A stretch of DNA of 64,000 nucleotides from an uncultured bacterium (GCA_965541615.1 CBEUCJ010000001.1:131754-195753), one strand, 5' to 3'. Positions 9,661-20,039 are shown, counted from the first letter of the stretch. Numbers and translations: made by a program. The notes: generated from the letters alone by a model not told the origin.

Positions 9661-10306
9661 TTTTTCTTTGGGCAGAATAGGTGCATTAGAAAAGAAGTTG
9701 ATTTCTCCAGAATATTTTTATGAGATTCTAAAGTTTGATTTTCCTGAAGGTCTTTCAAAATTAAGAGATAAGTTTTTTGGTGATTTAAAAGATTTTGAAG
9801 ATATAGATATGTTTTTTTTAAAAGAAGAAGATTATCTTTATGAAAATTTGGAAGTTCTTTTAGAAGAGAAATTAAGAATATTTTTGAAGAAAGCATTCGA
9901 TTTAAATTTTATAAGTAAGAATCTAAATTTATTGAATTCTGAATATTTAAAGAAATATTTTCTTCTTTCAGTAAAATTAGAGAATGCTCTTTTAGATTTG
10001 AGAAGAAAATATTTAGGGATAAAAAAAGATTTAAACTTGCGTGATTTCCCTTCTTCTTTTATAAAAGAAGCTCAAAGTTTAATAGATGAGGGTAAAATTT
10101 ATCTTTTACATTTTTTAAAGATAAGATTTCTTTTGAGATTTTTAGAAGAATTTAAAAAAAATCTTTTAGGAGCTGAGATAGTTTTTTGGTATTTTTTTAA
10201 TAAGAAATTTCAATATGATATTTTAAAATTTATTATTATATGCAAAATGAGAAAAATTGAGATAAATAAAATAAAGAATGTTTTGGAGGTGAGTTTTGGA
10301 AAGTAA
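9641..10306 (+). CDS. ntpC: V/A-type ATPase subunit C (d), divergent
   Basis: YSFSLGRIGALEKKLIS N-terminus typical of subunit C; operon position. Confidence 0.75.
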   Translation: MMSYDYSFSLGRIGALEKKLISPEYFYEILKFDFPEGLSKLRDKFFGDLKDFEDIDMFFLKEEDYLYENLEVLLEEKLRIFLKKAFDLNFISKNLNLLNSEYLKKYFLLSVKLENALLDLRRKYLGIKKDLNLRDFPSSFIKEAQSLIDEGKIYLLHFLKIRFLLRFLEEFKKNLLGAEIVFWYFFNKKFQYDILKFIIICKMRKIEINKIKNVLEVSFGK

Positions 10307-10562
10307 GATTTTGTTTATAGGAAAAGATGAACTTGCAGAATTCTTTAAAATATTAGGATTTGAATCTTTAAAAGTAGAAGATTTAGAAAGGATAAAAGAA
10401 ATGCAAGATTTTAAGATAATTTTGTGTGAAGAAGATCTCTATGAAAAACTTTTAGAGAAATTTAAAGATAGAATAATAGTTCCTTTTTGTAATCTAGAAG
10501 AAAAAAAAGAGCTTTTAAAAGAGAATATTTATCACTTAGTAAAAGAGACAATAGGCAAATAA
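10296..10562 (+). CDS. ntpF: V/A-type ATPase subunit F
   Basis: KILFIG...FKILG N-terminus and VKETIG C-terminus; precedes subunit A. Confidence 0.8.
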   Translation: MESKILFIGKDELAEFFKILGFESLKVEDLERIKEMQDFKIILCEEDLYEKLLEKFKDRIIVPFCNLEEKKELLKENIYHLVKETIGK

Positions 10563-10565
10563 AAA

Positions 10566-12311
10566 ATGAAACCTCAAATTGTAAGAGTATCAGGTCCTTT
10601 AGTGGTAGCAAAGAATTGCGTAGGAGCAAAAATGCACGAGATGGTAAAGGTGGGTGAAATAGGTTTAGTAGGTGAGATTATAGAACTAAGAGAAGATTTA
10701 GCTTTTATTCAGGTCTATGAAGATACAACAGGCATAGGTCCTGGAGAACCTGTAGTTTTGTTAAATAGACCTTTGAGTGTGGAATTAGGACCTGGTCTAT
10801 TAGGTAAGATATTCGATGGGATTCAAAGACCTTTAGATAAAATTTATTCTGAAAAAGGAGATTTTATAGAAAGAGGAATAGAAATTTTTGCTTTAGATAG
10901 AAAGAAAAAATGGAAATTCACTCCTGTTAGAAAAAAAGGAGAGTTTGTTAAAGAAGGAGATATTATAGGAGAAGTAAAAGAGACTCCTTTAATCACCCAC
11001 AAAATATTAGTTCCTCCTCAGATTGAAGGCAAAATCTGTGAAATTAAAGAAGGAGAGTTTAGTGTGGAAGAAGAAGTAGCTGTAATAGAAACTTTGAGAG
11101 GAAAAGTTCCTGTTAAACTTTACCAAATTTGGCCAGTAAGAGAAAAAAGACCTTTTAAAAAAAGGTTAATGCCTTCTGAGATTTTAGTGACTGGTCAAAG
11201 GATTTTAGATACTTTTTTTCCTTTAGCTAAAGGAGGAACAGCTTGTTGTCCAGGTCCTTTTGGAGCAGGCAAAACTGTCTTACAACATCAATTAGCAAAG
11301 TGGTCAGATGCTCAAATTATAGTTTATGTTGCTTGTGGAGAAAGAGGGAATGAGACTGCAGATTTATTATTAAGTTTTCCAGAGTTAAAAGACCCTAGGA
11401 CCAAAAGACCTTTGTTAGAAAGAACCATTATAATAGCTAACACCTCTAATATGCCAGTAGCTGCCCGTGAAGCTTCAATCTATACAGGTATTACCATTGC
11501 AGAGTATTTTAGAGACCAAGGTTACAATGTAGCTTTAATGGCAGATTCCACTTCAAGATGGGCTGAAGCTCTGAGAGAAATTTCTGGAAGGATGGAAGAG
11601 ATGCCTGGTGAAGAAGGATACCCTGCATATTTACCTGCAAGATTAGCTGAATTTTATGAGAGGGCAGGAAAAGTTATTACTTTAGGATCAGATGAGAGGA
11701 TAGGTTCAATAAGTATAATAGGGGCAGTCTCTCCTCCAGGAGGAGATTTATCAGATCCTGTAGTCCAAGGGACTTTAAAGGTAGTTAAAGCTTTTTGGGG
11801 TTTAGATGACAAGTTAGCTAACGCTAGACACTTTCCAGCTGTAAATTGGTTAATAAGCTATTCTTTATATAATCAGCTTTTAGATGAGTTTAAAAAAGAA
11901 AAAATAGCTGAAGATTTTGAAATGCTAAGAATTGAAGCTATGAAGATTTTAGAAGAGGAAGAAGAATTAAAAGAAATAGCCAGATTAGTAGGATTAGAAG
12001 CTTTATCTAATTATGATAGATTGAAGTTAGAAATAGCTAGATCTTTAAGAGAAGATTTCTTGCATCAGAATGCTTTTGATGAAACAGATACCTATACTTC
12101 TTTAAAAAAACAGTATTTAATGCTCAAATTAATTATGAAATTTTATGAAGATGCAAAAAAAGCTTTGGAAAAAGGAAAAGATTTAGATAAAGTAGTAAAA
12201 GTCTCTTCAAGATTTATGATTTCAAAAGCAAAGTTTGTAAGAGAAGAAGAGTTTGAAGAGTTTTTTAAAGAAGTTTCAAAAAAAATAGAATTAGAATTAG
12301 ATGAAATTTAA
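10566..12311 (+). CDS. ntpA: V/A-type ATPase catalytic subunit A
   Basis: GPFGAGKT P-loop, [32 protein letters not shown]. Confidence 0.98.
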   Translation: MKPQIVRVSGPLVVAKNCVGAKMHEMVKVGEIGLVGEIIELREDLAFIQVYEDTTGIGPGEPVVLLNRPLSVELGPGLLGKIFDGIQRPLDKIYSEKGDFIERGIEIFALDRKKKWKFTPVRKKGEFVKEGDIIGEVKETPLITHKILVPPQIEGKICEIKEGEFSVEEEVAVIETLRGKVPVKLYQIWPVREKRPFKKRLMPSEILVTGQRILDTFFPLAKGGTACCPGPFGAGKTVLQHQLAKWSDAQIIVYVACGERGNETADLLLSFPELKDPRTKRPLLERTIIIANTSNMPVAAREASIYTGITIAEYFRDQGYNVALMADSTSRWAEALREISGRMEEMPGEEGYPAYLPARLAEFYERAGKVITLGSDERIGSISIIGAVSPPGGDLSDPVVQGTLKVVKAFWGLDDKLANARHFPAVNWLISYSLYNQLLDEFKKEKIAEDFEMLRIEAMKILEEEEELKEIARLVGLEALSNYDRLKLEIARSLREDFLHQNAFDETDTYTSLKKQYLMLKLIMKFYEDAKKALEKGKDLDKVVKVSSRFMISKAKFVREEEFEEFFKEVSKKIELELDEI

Positions 12312-13686
12312 AGAATACCAAACAGTCTCACACATCCAGGGTCCTTTATTAATAGTAAGGAAAATAGAAGAAGTAAAGTATGCAGAGTTAGCTGAAATAA
12401 TTTTATCCAATGGCCAAAAGCGTTATGGAAAAGTATTAGACGTTTCAGAAGATTTAGCAGTAGTTCAAGTTTTTGAAGGCACTCAAGGATTAGATACAGA
12501 AAATTCTAAAATAAGGTTTTTAGGTAAATCTGAAACATTTGGAGTAAGTAAAGAGATTTTAGGAAGAGTGTTTACTGGAAGAGGAGCACCTCGTGACGGA
12601 TTACCTTTACCTCCAGCTGAAGAATTTTTGGATATAAATGGTTCACCTATAAATCCTGTAGCAAGAAGTTATCCTAATGAGTTCATTCAAACAGGAATAT
12701 CAGCAATAGATGGAATGAATCCTTTAGTAAGAGGACAAAAGCTTCCTATATTTTCAGGCTCAGGTTTGCCTCACAATAGATTGTGTGCTCAAATTGCCAG
12801 ACAAGCAAAGGTTTTGGGTAAAGAAGAAAAATTTGCAGTAGTATTTGGAGCTATGGGAATAACTTTTGAAGAAGCAGAATTTTTCATTCAAGATTTTAAA
12901 AAGACAGGAGCTTTAGAGAGATCAGTTTTATTTATAAATTTAGCAGATGAACCTGTAATTGAGAGAATTTCTGTACCTAGATTTAGTTTAACTTGTGCTG
13001 AGTATTTAGCTTTTAAATTGGATATGCATGTTTTAGTAATTCTGATAGATATGACTTTTTACTGTGAAGCTTTGAGAGAGATTTCATCAGCTAGGAAGGA
13101 AGTTCCAGGAAGAAGAGGTTATCCAGGTTACATGTATACAGATTTAGCTACTATTTATGAAAGGGCAGGAAGAATAAAGGGTAAAAAGGGTTCTGTAACT
13201 TTGTTACCTATTTTAACCATGCCTGATGATGATAAAACTCATCCTATACCAGATTTAACAGGCTACATTACAGAAGGACAGATAATTTTATCACGTGCTT
13301 TACATAAAAAAGGAATTTATCCTCCTATAGATGTTTTACCTTCTTTATCTAGATTAAAAGATAAAGGAATCGGTGAAAATAAAACTCGTAAAGATCACAG
13401 TTATGTTTTAAATCAGTTGTTCGCTTTATACGCTAAAGGACAGGAAGTTAGAGAATTAGCTTTAATTTTGGGAAGAGAAGCTTTAACAGATTTAGATAAA
13501 ATTTATTTAGAATTTGCTGATAGATTTGAAGCTGAGTTTGTAAAGCAAGGAGAATTTGAAGAAAGAGATGTTATTAAGACTTTAGATTTAGGTTGGAAAT
13601 TATTGAGAATGTTTCCAAAAGAAGAATTAACAAGAATAAAGCCAGAAATTTTAGAAGAATATTATGAGATTAAAAGTAAATCCTAA
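12301..13686 (+). CDS. ntpB: V/A-type ATPase subunit B
   Basis: [47 protein letters not shown]. Confidence 0.98.
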   Translation: MKFKEYQTVSHIQGPLLIVRKIEEVKYAELAEIILSNGQKRYGKVLDVSEDLAVVQVFEGTQGLDTENSKIRFLGKSETFGVSKEILGRVFTGRGAPRDGLPLPPAEEFLDINGSPINPVARSYPNEFIQTGISAIDGMNPLVRGQKLPIFSGSGLPHNRLCAQIARQAKVLGKEEKFAVVFGAMGITFEEAEFFIQDFKKTGALERSVLFINLADEPVIERISVPRFSLTCAEYLAFKLDMHVLVILIDMTFYCEALREISSARKEVPGRRGYPGYMYTDLATIYERAGRIKGKKGSVTLLPILTMPDDDKTHPIPDLTGYITEGQIILSRALHKKGIYPPIDVLPSLSRLKDKGIGENKTRKDHSYVLNQLFALYAKGQEVRELALILGREALTDLDKIYLEFADRFEAEFVKQGEFEERDVIKTLDLGWKLLRMFPKEELTRIKPEILEEYYEIKSKS

Positions 13687-14275
13687 CAGAATGGAATTAT
13701 TGAGACTAAAAAAGAGAAGAATTTTAGCTCAAAGAGGATATGATCTATTACAAGACAAATTAGAAGAATTAATAGCAGAGTTTCACAGGATTAATAGAAA
13801 AGCAAAGCTTTTATTAAAAAAATGGGAAGATATTTTTAATCAATTTATAGAAGAGTTAATTTTTTTAAGGGCTCAGAGTAAAAAAGAAAATATAAAAAAG
13901 ATTTTGGAAAATTTGGATTTATTAAAAGTAGAAATAGAATTCAAAAGAATTTTAAATTTAAAAATTCCAAAGTTTAAGATAAAAGATTCTTTAGAATTTA
14001 AATATCCTTTAGAAGAAACTCTGCCTCAATTTGATAAAGTTTATATTTTGAGAAAGGAGTTTTTAGAAGTTTTTTTTCAGGTGATAGAAATTTACTTATC
14101 TTTAAAACTCATTTCTTTAGAAATCGTAAAAACAAGAAGGAGAGTAAATGCTCTTCAATACATTTTGATTCCTACAATTGAAGAAAGTATAAAATATATT
14201 GAAGAGAAACTATCAGAATTTGAGAGAGAATTTCTGATGAGAATATTGAGGATAAAAGAAGTGATAAGAAAATGA
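13664..14275 (+). CDS. ntpD: V/A-type ATPase subunit D
   Basis: [11 protein letters not shown]...[18 protein letters not shown]. Confidence 0.95.
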   Translation: MRLKVNPNRMELLRLKKRRILAQRGYDLLQDKLEELIAEFHRINRKAKLLLKKWEDIFNQFIEELIFLRAQSKKENIKKILENLDLLKVEIEFKRILNLKIPKFKIKDSLEFKYPLEETLPQFDKVYILRKEFLEVFFQVIEIYLSLKLISLEIVKTRRRVNALQYILIPTIEESIKYIEEKLSEFEREFLMRILRIKEVIRK

Positions 14276-14466
14276 TAAAAGATTTTTCTAAATGGCAGGC
14301 TTTTGAGAAGGAACTTATAAAGAAAGGAAATCTTTTGAAGAAAATTTTAAAGATTTTTGAAGAGATGTATAAACAAGCTCTTTTTTTAAAGTGCTACCTC
14401 CCAAAAAATCCTCTTGAAGGAATAGAAAAAGACATAATCTTAACTAAAGTAATAAATAGTGTTTAA
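14272..14466 (+). CDS. Small hypothetical protein, resembles the small partner gene found upstream of nucleotidyltransferase genes
   Basis: ATGA overlap with ntpD; P.NPLEGIE.DI...KVINSV C-terminus recalled from such pairs (not searched). Confidence 0.5.
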   Translation: MIKDFSKWQAFEKELIKKGNLLKKILKIFEEMYKQALFLKCYLPKNPLEGIEKDIILTKVINSV

Positions 14467-14545
14467 AAAATTCTTTAAAAAATTCGATGAAAGTTTAAAT
14501 TTAAACCTTAAAGAAAAGTTTTCTAAAATCAAAAAATTGATATAA
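14459..14545 (+). pseudogene. Possible internally deleted nucleotidyltransferase remnant (28 codons)
   Basis: GTG overlapping the previous gene end gives MFKKFFKKFDESLNLNLKEKFSKIKKLI*; 12-bp tandem repeat TTTAAAAAATTC at the putative junction. Confidence 0.3.
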
Positions 14546-14563
14546 TTATTAAGTAATTTAAAA

Positions 14564-14638
14564 GGGCGGGTAGTTCAGCCTGGATAGAACGCTTCCCTTA
14601 CAAGGAAGAGGTCGGCAGTTCAAATCTGCCCCCGCCCA
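14564..14638 (+). tRNA. tRNA-Val(TAC), CCA not encoded
   Basis: Acceptor GGGCGGG/CCCGCCC, anticodon arm CTTCC-CTTACAA-GGAAG, T-loop GTTCAAATC. Confidence 0.96.
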
Positions 14639-14726
14639 GGTTTATAGAGATATTTCTATTCTATTTATTTTGAAAAAAATAAATATTCAAATGTCAATTT
14701 ATTTGTCTATTTAATGTTATATTTAT

Positions 14727-14756
14727 TTGACATTTAATTAGAATATATGTTACAAT
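14727..14756 (+). promoter_or_regulatory. Sigma70-type promoter of the Phd/RelE TA operon
   Basis: TTGACA-18 nt-TACAAT with TGn extension, followed by SD GGAGGTG. Confidence 0.6.
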
Positions 14757-14776
14757 TATTATGGAGGTGATAAAAA

Positions 14777-15100
14777 GTGCTTACTTTTGAAGAAAAGACG
14801 ACTTTAGTAGGGATCTCAGAGTTAAGGACAAAGATGAAGGAGATTTTAAAACAAGCTAAAGAAAATAGGGTATTTATTGGCAAAAGAAACAAATTAATTG
14901 CAGTATTGTTAGATATAGAAGAATACAGAAAGATGGAGAAGGTTTTAGAAGAGTTAGAAGATTTTGCCTTAGGATATTTGGCTCATCGTAGAGAAAAAAT
15001 TTCTTATAAAAAGCAATATTTAGACATAGAAGAGGTAGAAAAAATAATAGATGATATGGAAGATCAAATTCCATCCCCTTGTAGTAAAAGAAGACCTTAA
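14777..15100 (+). CDS. Phd/YefM family antitoxin
   Basis: VGISELR..MKEIL...V.I.KRNK.IAVLL..EEY signature; upstream of a RelE gene. Confidence 0.85.
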   Translation: MLTFEEKTTLVGISELRTKMKEILKQAKENRVFIGKRNKLIAVLLDIEEYRKMEKVLEELEDFALGYLAHRREKISYKKQYLDIEEVEKIIDDMEDQIPSPCSKRRP

Positions 15101-15338
15101 AAGAATAGACCCTTCTTGGAGAAGGAGAATCATAAAAACAATAAAGAAAAAGCTATCAGTAGATCCTTCAAATTATGGTGAACCTTTAAAGGGAATATAT
15201 AAAAAATACTGGAAATTGAAAGTAGGAGATTATAGAGTTATATATAAGATAGAAAAAAAAGAAATAGTAGTATATGTAATTAAAGTTGGAATAAGAAAAG
15301 ATTATAAAGTCTATAAAGAACTTTTTTACAGAATCTAA
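15051..15338 (+). CDS. RelE/ParE family toxin
   Basis: WKIKFH...DLKRI, GEPLKG..K.YWKLKVGDYRVIY, VIKVGIRK. Confidence 0.9.
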   Translation: MIWKIKFHPLVVKEDLKRIDPSWRRRIIKTIKKKLSVDPSNYGEPLKGIYKKYWKLKVGDYRVIYKIEKKEIVVYVIKVGIRKDYKVYKELFYRI

Positions 15339-15407
15339 AAAGATAGTGTTGCATATTTTTTATAATTATTGAAAAAAATCAAAGTTGTTATATAATTTTT
15401 CTACAAT

Positions 15408-15486
15408 GGGGCCGTCGTCTAGCCTGGTTTAAGACCCCGGACTGTCGATCCGGTGATCGTGGGTTCAAATCCCATCGGCCCCGCCA
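15408..15486 (+). tRNA. tRNA-Asp(GTC)
   Basis: Acceptor GGGGCCG/CGGCCCC, anticodon arm CCGGA-CTGTCGA-TCCGG, GTTCAAATC, G73 + CCA encoded. Confidence 0.97.
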
Positions 15487-15617
15487 TTTGGGACAAAGGG
15501 AATAACTGCTGACACCGAAGGGACATCTGAAGTAGGCGGTTGTTCTTTTACATAGATATTTCTAAATATAAGTTAGCTAAATAAGTAAAAGAAAACTTAC
15601 TTTTTAAGACTTTAGGA

Positions 15618-15998
15618 TCAGAAACGACGTGCTAAGTATTTCCCTTTAGAGAGGACAGAATTTTTAAATAGAGGAGATTTATCTAACTCTTCTTTTGTAT
15701 ACACAAACAAGTCTACATTTAATTCCAGATCTTTAAAGTAATCTATGAAATCTAAGGGTCTGTCTATAAATCTTTTATGGGAATAGCTCACTATAATGAG
15801 AATATCTATATCACTGAGAGGGGTAGCTCTATTTTCTGCTAAGGATCCAAAAAGAACCACACTTTCAACATTTCTGTCGTCAGCGATAATCTTGTGAGCG
15901 ATACTCTTCAATCTTTCTAAGAGAACTTCTCTATTTAGCCAGAATACCTTCACAGAACCGTAAGATTTCTTTACAATCACTGATCGCATTTTCAACAT
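15618..15998 (-). CDS. Minimal nucleotidyltransferase (MNT) antitoxin
   Basis: LFGSLA...SDIDILI...VDLFVYT motif; next to a HEPN gene; start may be the ATG at 15989. Confidence 0.9.
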   Translation of the reverse strand: MLKMRSVIVKKSYGSVKVFWLNREVLLERLKSIAHKIIADDRNVESVVLFGSLAENRATPLSDIDILIIVSYSHKRFIDRPLDFIDYFKDLELNVDLFVYTKEELDKSPLFKNSVLSKGKYLARRF

Positions 15999-16207
15999 CC
16001 TCTTTCTTGTAGTCCTCTTAGTAAATCATAAACTGAATGACCCCATGCTTGACCTGAAAGCTTTTGATATAAAGCTTTAACTGCTTTTTCTGCTGCTTGT
16101 TGAGAGATGAAACATGCCCACTCAAAAAAACCTTCTTTTAATTGAGAACGTGCACTTTCTAAATCTCTTTTAGCTTGCTTAAACCAGTCAGAACTCCTCT
16201 CAGGCAT
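15931..16207 (-). pseudogene. HEPN-domain toxin with internal deletion and frameshift
   Basis: N-half ([30 protein letters not shown]) stops at 15992; the HEPN-like terminal helix [24 protein letters not shown] continues in another frame to 15931; the central part is missing. Confidence 0.8.
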
Positions 16208-16591
16208 TTTAGGAGAATTATATCATAAATTATATTTGTCTTCCAACTACTCATATGCTCCATTTAAAAAGGTCCCATCCCTTTAGTTTAGAGTGTGCAT
16301 ACGATTTGGTATTAAACATTTCCACTCCTGAGATGGAAATGGTTACTTTGAATTTATAAAACCAGAAAAATCATTACCCAACTTAAAAACATATCCTTTT
16401 AGCATCAATAATCTACAATCAACCTTTAAAACAAATCGCAAAAGAACTTAATTTAAGTTATGAAGATGTGAGGCAGAAGAAGAGTTAAGGGGGTGAGAAA
16501 AATGAAAAATTATTTGATTTACTTGTCAGCAAAAAGGATTCCACAGGAAGGAAAGTTTTATTTTCAATTTAGTTATTTTCACAGTTTTTGA

Positions 16592-16912
16592 TTAAAATGT
16601 AATAACTTTATCACACTTTTTTACTATATCATATAAATCTTTCATTGTAGAAAGAGGACAAGTTTCTGAACCTTCTGATTGGCGAATTTTTAGACAACTT
16701 CCACAGGCAAGAATTTTACCACCATTTTCAATAAATGTTTGCATTTGTTCTGTAACCTTAAATTTATCTGTATCTAAGGATTCACATTCTACTCCTTTTG
16801 CAAGTAAAAATATTTCTACCTCATCATTCTCTTTTAAAGTAAAGTTTCCAAATCTAAAAGCATTCCATACAGTTTCAGAGTCGTTTGAGTAAATTATGAT
16901 TCCCAACTTCAT
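16592..16912 (-). CDS. DsrE/DsrF-like family protein
   Basis: ETVWNAFRFG, IFLLAKGVE, LACGSCL, CDKVITF; SD AAAGGAGG. Confidence 0.85.
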   Translation of the reverse strand: MKLGIIIYSNDSETVWNAFRFGNFTLKENDEVEIFLLAKGVECESLDTDKFKVTEQMQTFIENGGKILACGSCLKIRQSEGSETCPLSTMKDLYDIVKKCDKVITF

Positions 16913-17044
16913 AGTTTGCCTCCTTTCGAGTACATAATACTTTTATTTGGTTCTTATAATATACCATTTTTTTAAATATTTTTGGAATTTTTTTGTCACA
17001 TTTCCCTTATTTCCTGACATATCTCTATAAGGAGGAAAATAAAA

Positions 17045-17323
17045 ATGAGAAGAAAAGAAATAACCCAAATCTATCAAATAATCAACAAAACTTTCAGAGA
17101 CATAACTCTGACTTTTGCTGGATTAGCCTTGGAAAATAACTTCAAAGATGAGGCAATCACAGACTTTGCCAATTGCCTTGAAGATATCTATTATCAAACC
17201 TTAAACAAAATAGAAAAACTCGCAAAGAAAACCTCTTATTTTGAATTTAACACAAAAGAATATCTGCATCCTCATCCAGCAATAGTAAAATTGTTAAGAA
17301 TTTTTAACTTGGTACCAAAGTAA
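17045..17323 (+). CDS. Hypothetical protein
   Basis: 92-aa ORF with strong SD AAGGAGG; visibly C-rich relative to neighbouring + strand genes. Confidence 0.6.
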   Translation: MRRKEITQIYQIINKTFRDITLTFAGLALENNFKDEAITDFANCLEDIYYQTLNKIEKLAKKTSYFEFNTKEYLHPHPAIVKLLRIFNLVPK

Positions 17324-17388
17324 GGTAAAATTTTATTTTGTTGTATTAAAGAAGATTGTTTTTATAAAATATATTGAAAGAGTTAAAA

Positions 17389-18273
17389 ATGGCAAAGTGT
17401 GTATCTTGTAAAAAATCTGCTCAAATAAAGATTGCTTTTGCTCCTTTTTGTGAGAGTTGTTTTTTAAAGCACTATCAAAATAGAGTAGAAAGATTAATTA
17501 AAAAATTTAAACTTATAAAAGAGAAAGATAAAATTTTAGTTGCAGTTTCAGGTGGTAAAGACAGTATGAGTTGTGCACATGTTTTAAGTAAATTCAGACA
17601 GAGATTTAAATTTGAAATGGGAGTCTTACACATAGATGTAGGAGTCTCAGATTGCACCAATGAAAATACTGAAAATATAATCAGAGATTTTTGCAATGAA
17701 TACAAAGTTCCTTTTTATCTTTTAAAAATAAAAGAATATTTAGGTTTAGATATAAAAGAGGTATCTAAAAAAATAAGAAGACCTATATGTTCAATCTGTG
17801 GGATGGTTAAAAGGTACGCCTTAAATAAATTTGCTCGTGAGAATGGATTTAATAAAATAGCTACAGGTCACTGTGCAGATGACATTACTTTACTTTTCTT
17901 TAAAAACTGGTTCTCTTATTATTTTGATTGGATAGCTAAATTTAAGCCTATTATGCCATCAAATCATCCTAAAATAGTTACCCGTATAAGACCTTTATTT
18001 GAATGTTTAGAAGAGGAAAATTTAACATATGTAAAGCTCAATAAAATAAAAATAGCAGGTTGCTCTAAATATTCTTATTCAGTAAGAAAAGATAAACTAA
18101 AAGAAATATTAAAACTCATAGATTCAAAAAAACCTGATTTTAAGATAAATTTTGTAAGAGCTTTAGAGAGAGTAGAAATAAAAGTAAAAGAACCCGATTC
18201 CATTAAAGAATGCATAAAATGTGGTGAACCCACAGACAAAGAGATCTGTGGAGTATGTAGACTTAAAATGTAA
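17389..18273 (+). CDS. ttuA: TtuA/Ncs6/TtcA-family tRNA thiolation protein
   Basis: N-terminal CxxC..CxxC, PP-loop SGGKDS, CSIC, ATGH..DD, C-terminal CxxCGEPT...CxxC; ATG 17389 preferred because the TTG at 17374 lies just after a -10 box. Confidence 0.85.
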   Translation: MAKCVSCKKSAQIKIAFAPFCESCFLKHYQNRVERLIKKFKLIKEKDKILVAVSGGKDSMSCAHVLSKFRQRFKFEMGVLHIDVGVSDCTNENTENIIRDFCNEYKVPFYLLKIKEYLGLDIKEVSKKIRRPICSICGMVKRYALNKFARENGFNKIATGHCADDITLLFFKNWFSYYFDWIAKFKPIMPSNHPKIVTRIRPLFECLEEENLTYVKLNKIKIAGCSKYSYSVRKDKLKEILKLIDSKKPDFKINFVRALERVEIKVKEPDSIKECIKCGEPTDKEICGVCRLKM

Positions 18274-18294
18274 AAAAGTAAATTTTTTGAACTT

Positions 18295-18322
18295 TTGACT
18301 TTCATAAGTTCTTTTATATAAT
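18295..18322 (+). promoter_or_regulatory. Sigma70-type promoter upstream of cysK
   Basis: TTGACT-16 nt-TATAAT, 7 nt before the ATG. Confidence 0.5.
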
Positions 18323-18329
18323 TAAGTTT

Positions 18330-19244
18330 ATGAAGGTAGCAAAATCTGTTTTAGACTTAATTGGTAATACCCCTTTAGTAAGATTAAGAAAGATAGAAAA
18401 AGGATTAAATGTAAAATTAGTAGCGAAATTAGAATTTTTTAATCCAGCTAAAAGCTTAAAAGATAGAGTAGGATTTTTTATGTTAAAAGATGCTGAAAAA
18501 AAAGGTTTAGTCAATAAAAATACACTTATTATTGAAGCTACAAGTGGTAATACAGGAATAGCTTTAGCAGTTGTGTGTGCTTATAAAAATTATAAATTGA
18601 TTTTAACTATGCCAGAAGATGTTTCAGAAGAAAAGAAAAGACTTCTTTCTTTATTTGGAGCAAAGTTAATTTTTACTCCTTCAAAAGAAGGAATGAGAGG
18701 AGCAATAAGAAAAGCAGAAGAACTATCAAAAAAGTACTCTAATTCCTTTTTTGTTCGTCAATTTGAAAATCTGGCAAATCCTAAGGCACATTACCTTACT
18801 ACTGCTCAAGAGATTTGGAAAGATACCGATGGTAAAGTAGATATATTAATAGCAGGAGTTGGAACAGGAGGCACTATTACAGGTGTAGCTAAGTTTTTAA
18901 AAAAGAAAAAGAAGGAGATAAAAATAATAGCTGTAGAACCTAAAAATTCAGCTGTATTGAGTGGTAAAAAACCAGGTATTCATAAAATTGAAGGGATAGG
19001 TGCAGGTTTTATTCCTAAAATTTTAAAAAAAGAATTATTAGATGAAGTAATATGTGTAGAAGATGAAAAAGCTATCAAGATGACTAAAAGATTAGCAAGA
19101 GAAGAAGGGATTTTGGTAGGTTTATCTAGTGGAGCTGTTCTATGGGCAGCTTTACAGATAGCTAAGAGAAAGGAAAATAAAGGTAAGTTAATAGTTATGA
19201 TTTTTGCTGATAGCGGAGAAAGATATTTATCAGAGTTAGCTTGA
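18330..19244 (+). CDS. cysK: Cysteine synthase A (O-acetylserine sulfhydrylase)
   Basis: IGNTPLV, NP..SLKDR (PLP Lys), EATSGNTG, GVGTGGT, HKIEGIGAGF, DSGERYLS. Confidence 0.95.
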   Translation: MKVAKSVLDLIGNTPLVRLRKIEKGLNVKLVAKLEFFNPAKSLKDRVGFFMLKDAEKKGLVNKNTLIIEATSGNTGIALAVVCAYKNYKLILTMPEDVSEEKKRLLSLFGAKLIFTPSKEGMRGAIRKAEELSKKYSNSFFVRQFENLANPKAHYLTTAQEIWKDTDGKVDILIAGVGTGGTITGVAKFLKKKKKEIKIIAVEPKNSAVLSGKKPGIHKIEGIGAGFIPKILKKELLDEVICVEDEKAIKMTKRLAREEGILVGLSSGAVLWAALQIAKRKENKGKLIVMIFADSGERYLSELA

Positions 19245-19262
19245 AAATATGGAGGAAAAATT

Positions 19263-20039
19263 ATGGAGGCAATAATCTCTAAAGCAATCCTTGAAACATT
19301 TTTTAAAGAATTTAAGGAATACTTAGAGGTAGATGTAGCTATTGCAGGGTGTGGTCCTTCAGGATTAGTATGCGGATATTATTTAGCAAAAGAAAAGGTT
19401 AAAGTAGCTATATTTGAAAGACAATTAAGACCTGGAGGAGGTATTGCTGGTGGGGGGATGATGTTTAATAAAATAGTATTAGAAGAATCTGCTAAAGAGA
19501 TTTTAGAAGAGTTAGATATAAATGTTAAAAAATACAAAAAAAATCTCTATGTAGCAGATGCTTTGGAAGTAACAAATGGTTTATGTTTTAAAGCTATAAA
19601 AGCAGGGGTTAAGATTTTCAACCTTATAAATGTAGAAGATGTCGTAATAAGAAAAAATAAAATTGCAGGTTTAGTCTTAAACTGGAGTGCAGTAAATTGG
19701 GCACAACTCCATATAGATCCTTTAGCTGTTAAAGCAAAAGTAGTAGTAGATGCTACAGGTCATGAAGCTGAAATCTGTAAGATTATAGAAAGAAAGTTAG
19801 GAACTGTATTTTGCACTCCTTCAAGTAAAGTAGAAGGAGAAAAATCTATGTGGGCAGAAAAAGGTGAATCTGAACTTTTAAAAAATACTAAAGAAGTATA
19901 TCCAGGTTTGGTGGTATGTGGTATGGCAGCAAATGCTGTTTTTGGTGCAGAGCGTATGGGAGCAATCTTTGGAGGTATGTTTTTATCAGGTAAAAAAGCC
20001 TCTAGAATCATTATAAAAAAATTAAATAAAGATGGCTAA
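19263..20039 (+). CDS. thi4: Sulfide-dependent thiazole synthase Thi4 (non-Cys type)
   Basis: GxGPSG, GGG..GGGMMF, HIDP (His at the position of the yeast sacrificial Cys), DATGH, RMG.IFGGM..SG. Confidence 0.93.
   Translation: MEAIISKAILETFFKEFKEYLEVDVAIAGCGPSGLVCGYYLAKEKVKVAIFERQLRPGGGIAGGGMMFNKIVLEESAKEILEELDINVKKYKKNLYVADALEVTNGLCFKAIKAGVKIFNLINVEDVVIRKNKIAGLVLNWSAVNWAQLHIDPLAVKAKVVVDATGHEAEICKIIERKLGTVFCTPSSKVEGEKSMWAEKGESELLKNTKEVYPGLVVCGMAANAVFGAERMGAIFGGMFLSGKKASRIIIKKLNKDG

Noticed and set aside
15487-16300. Integrative element at tRNA-Asp (CCCATC at ~16275 as possible att repeat)
   Set aside because: Match is too short and there is no integrase in the window
16317-16341. Hairpin CATTTCCA-N9-TGGAAATG in the HEPN-dsrE intergenic region
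   Set aside because: Only an 8-bp stem, no U-tract and no recognisable RNA family
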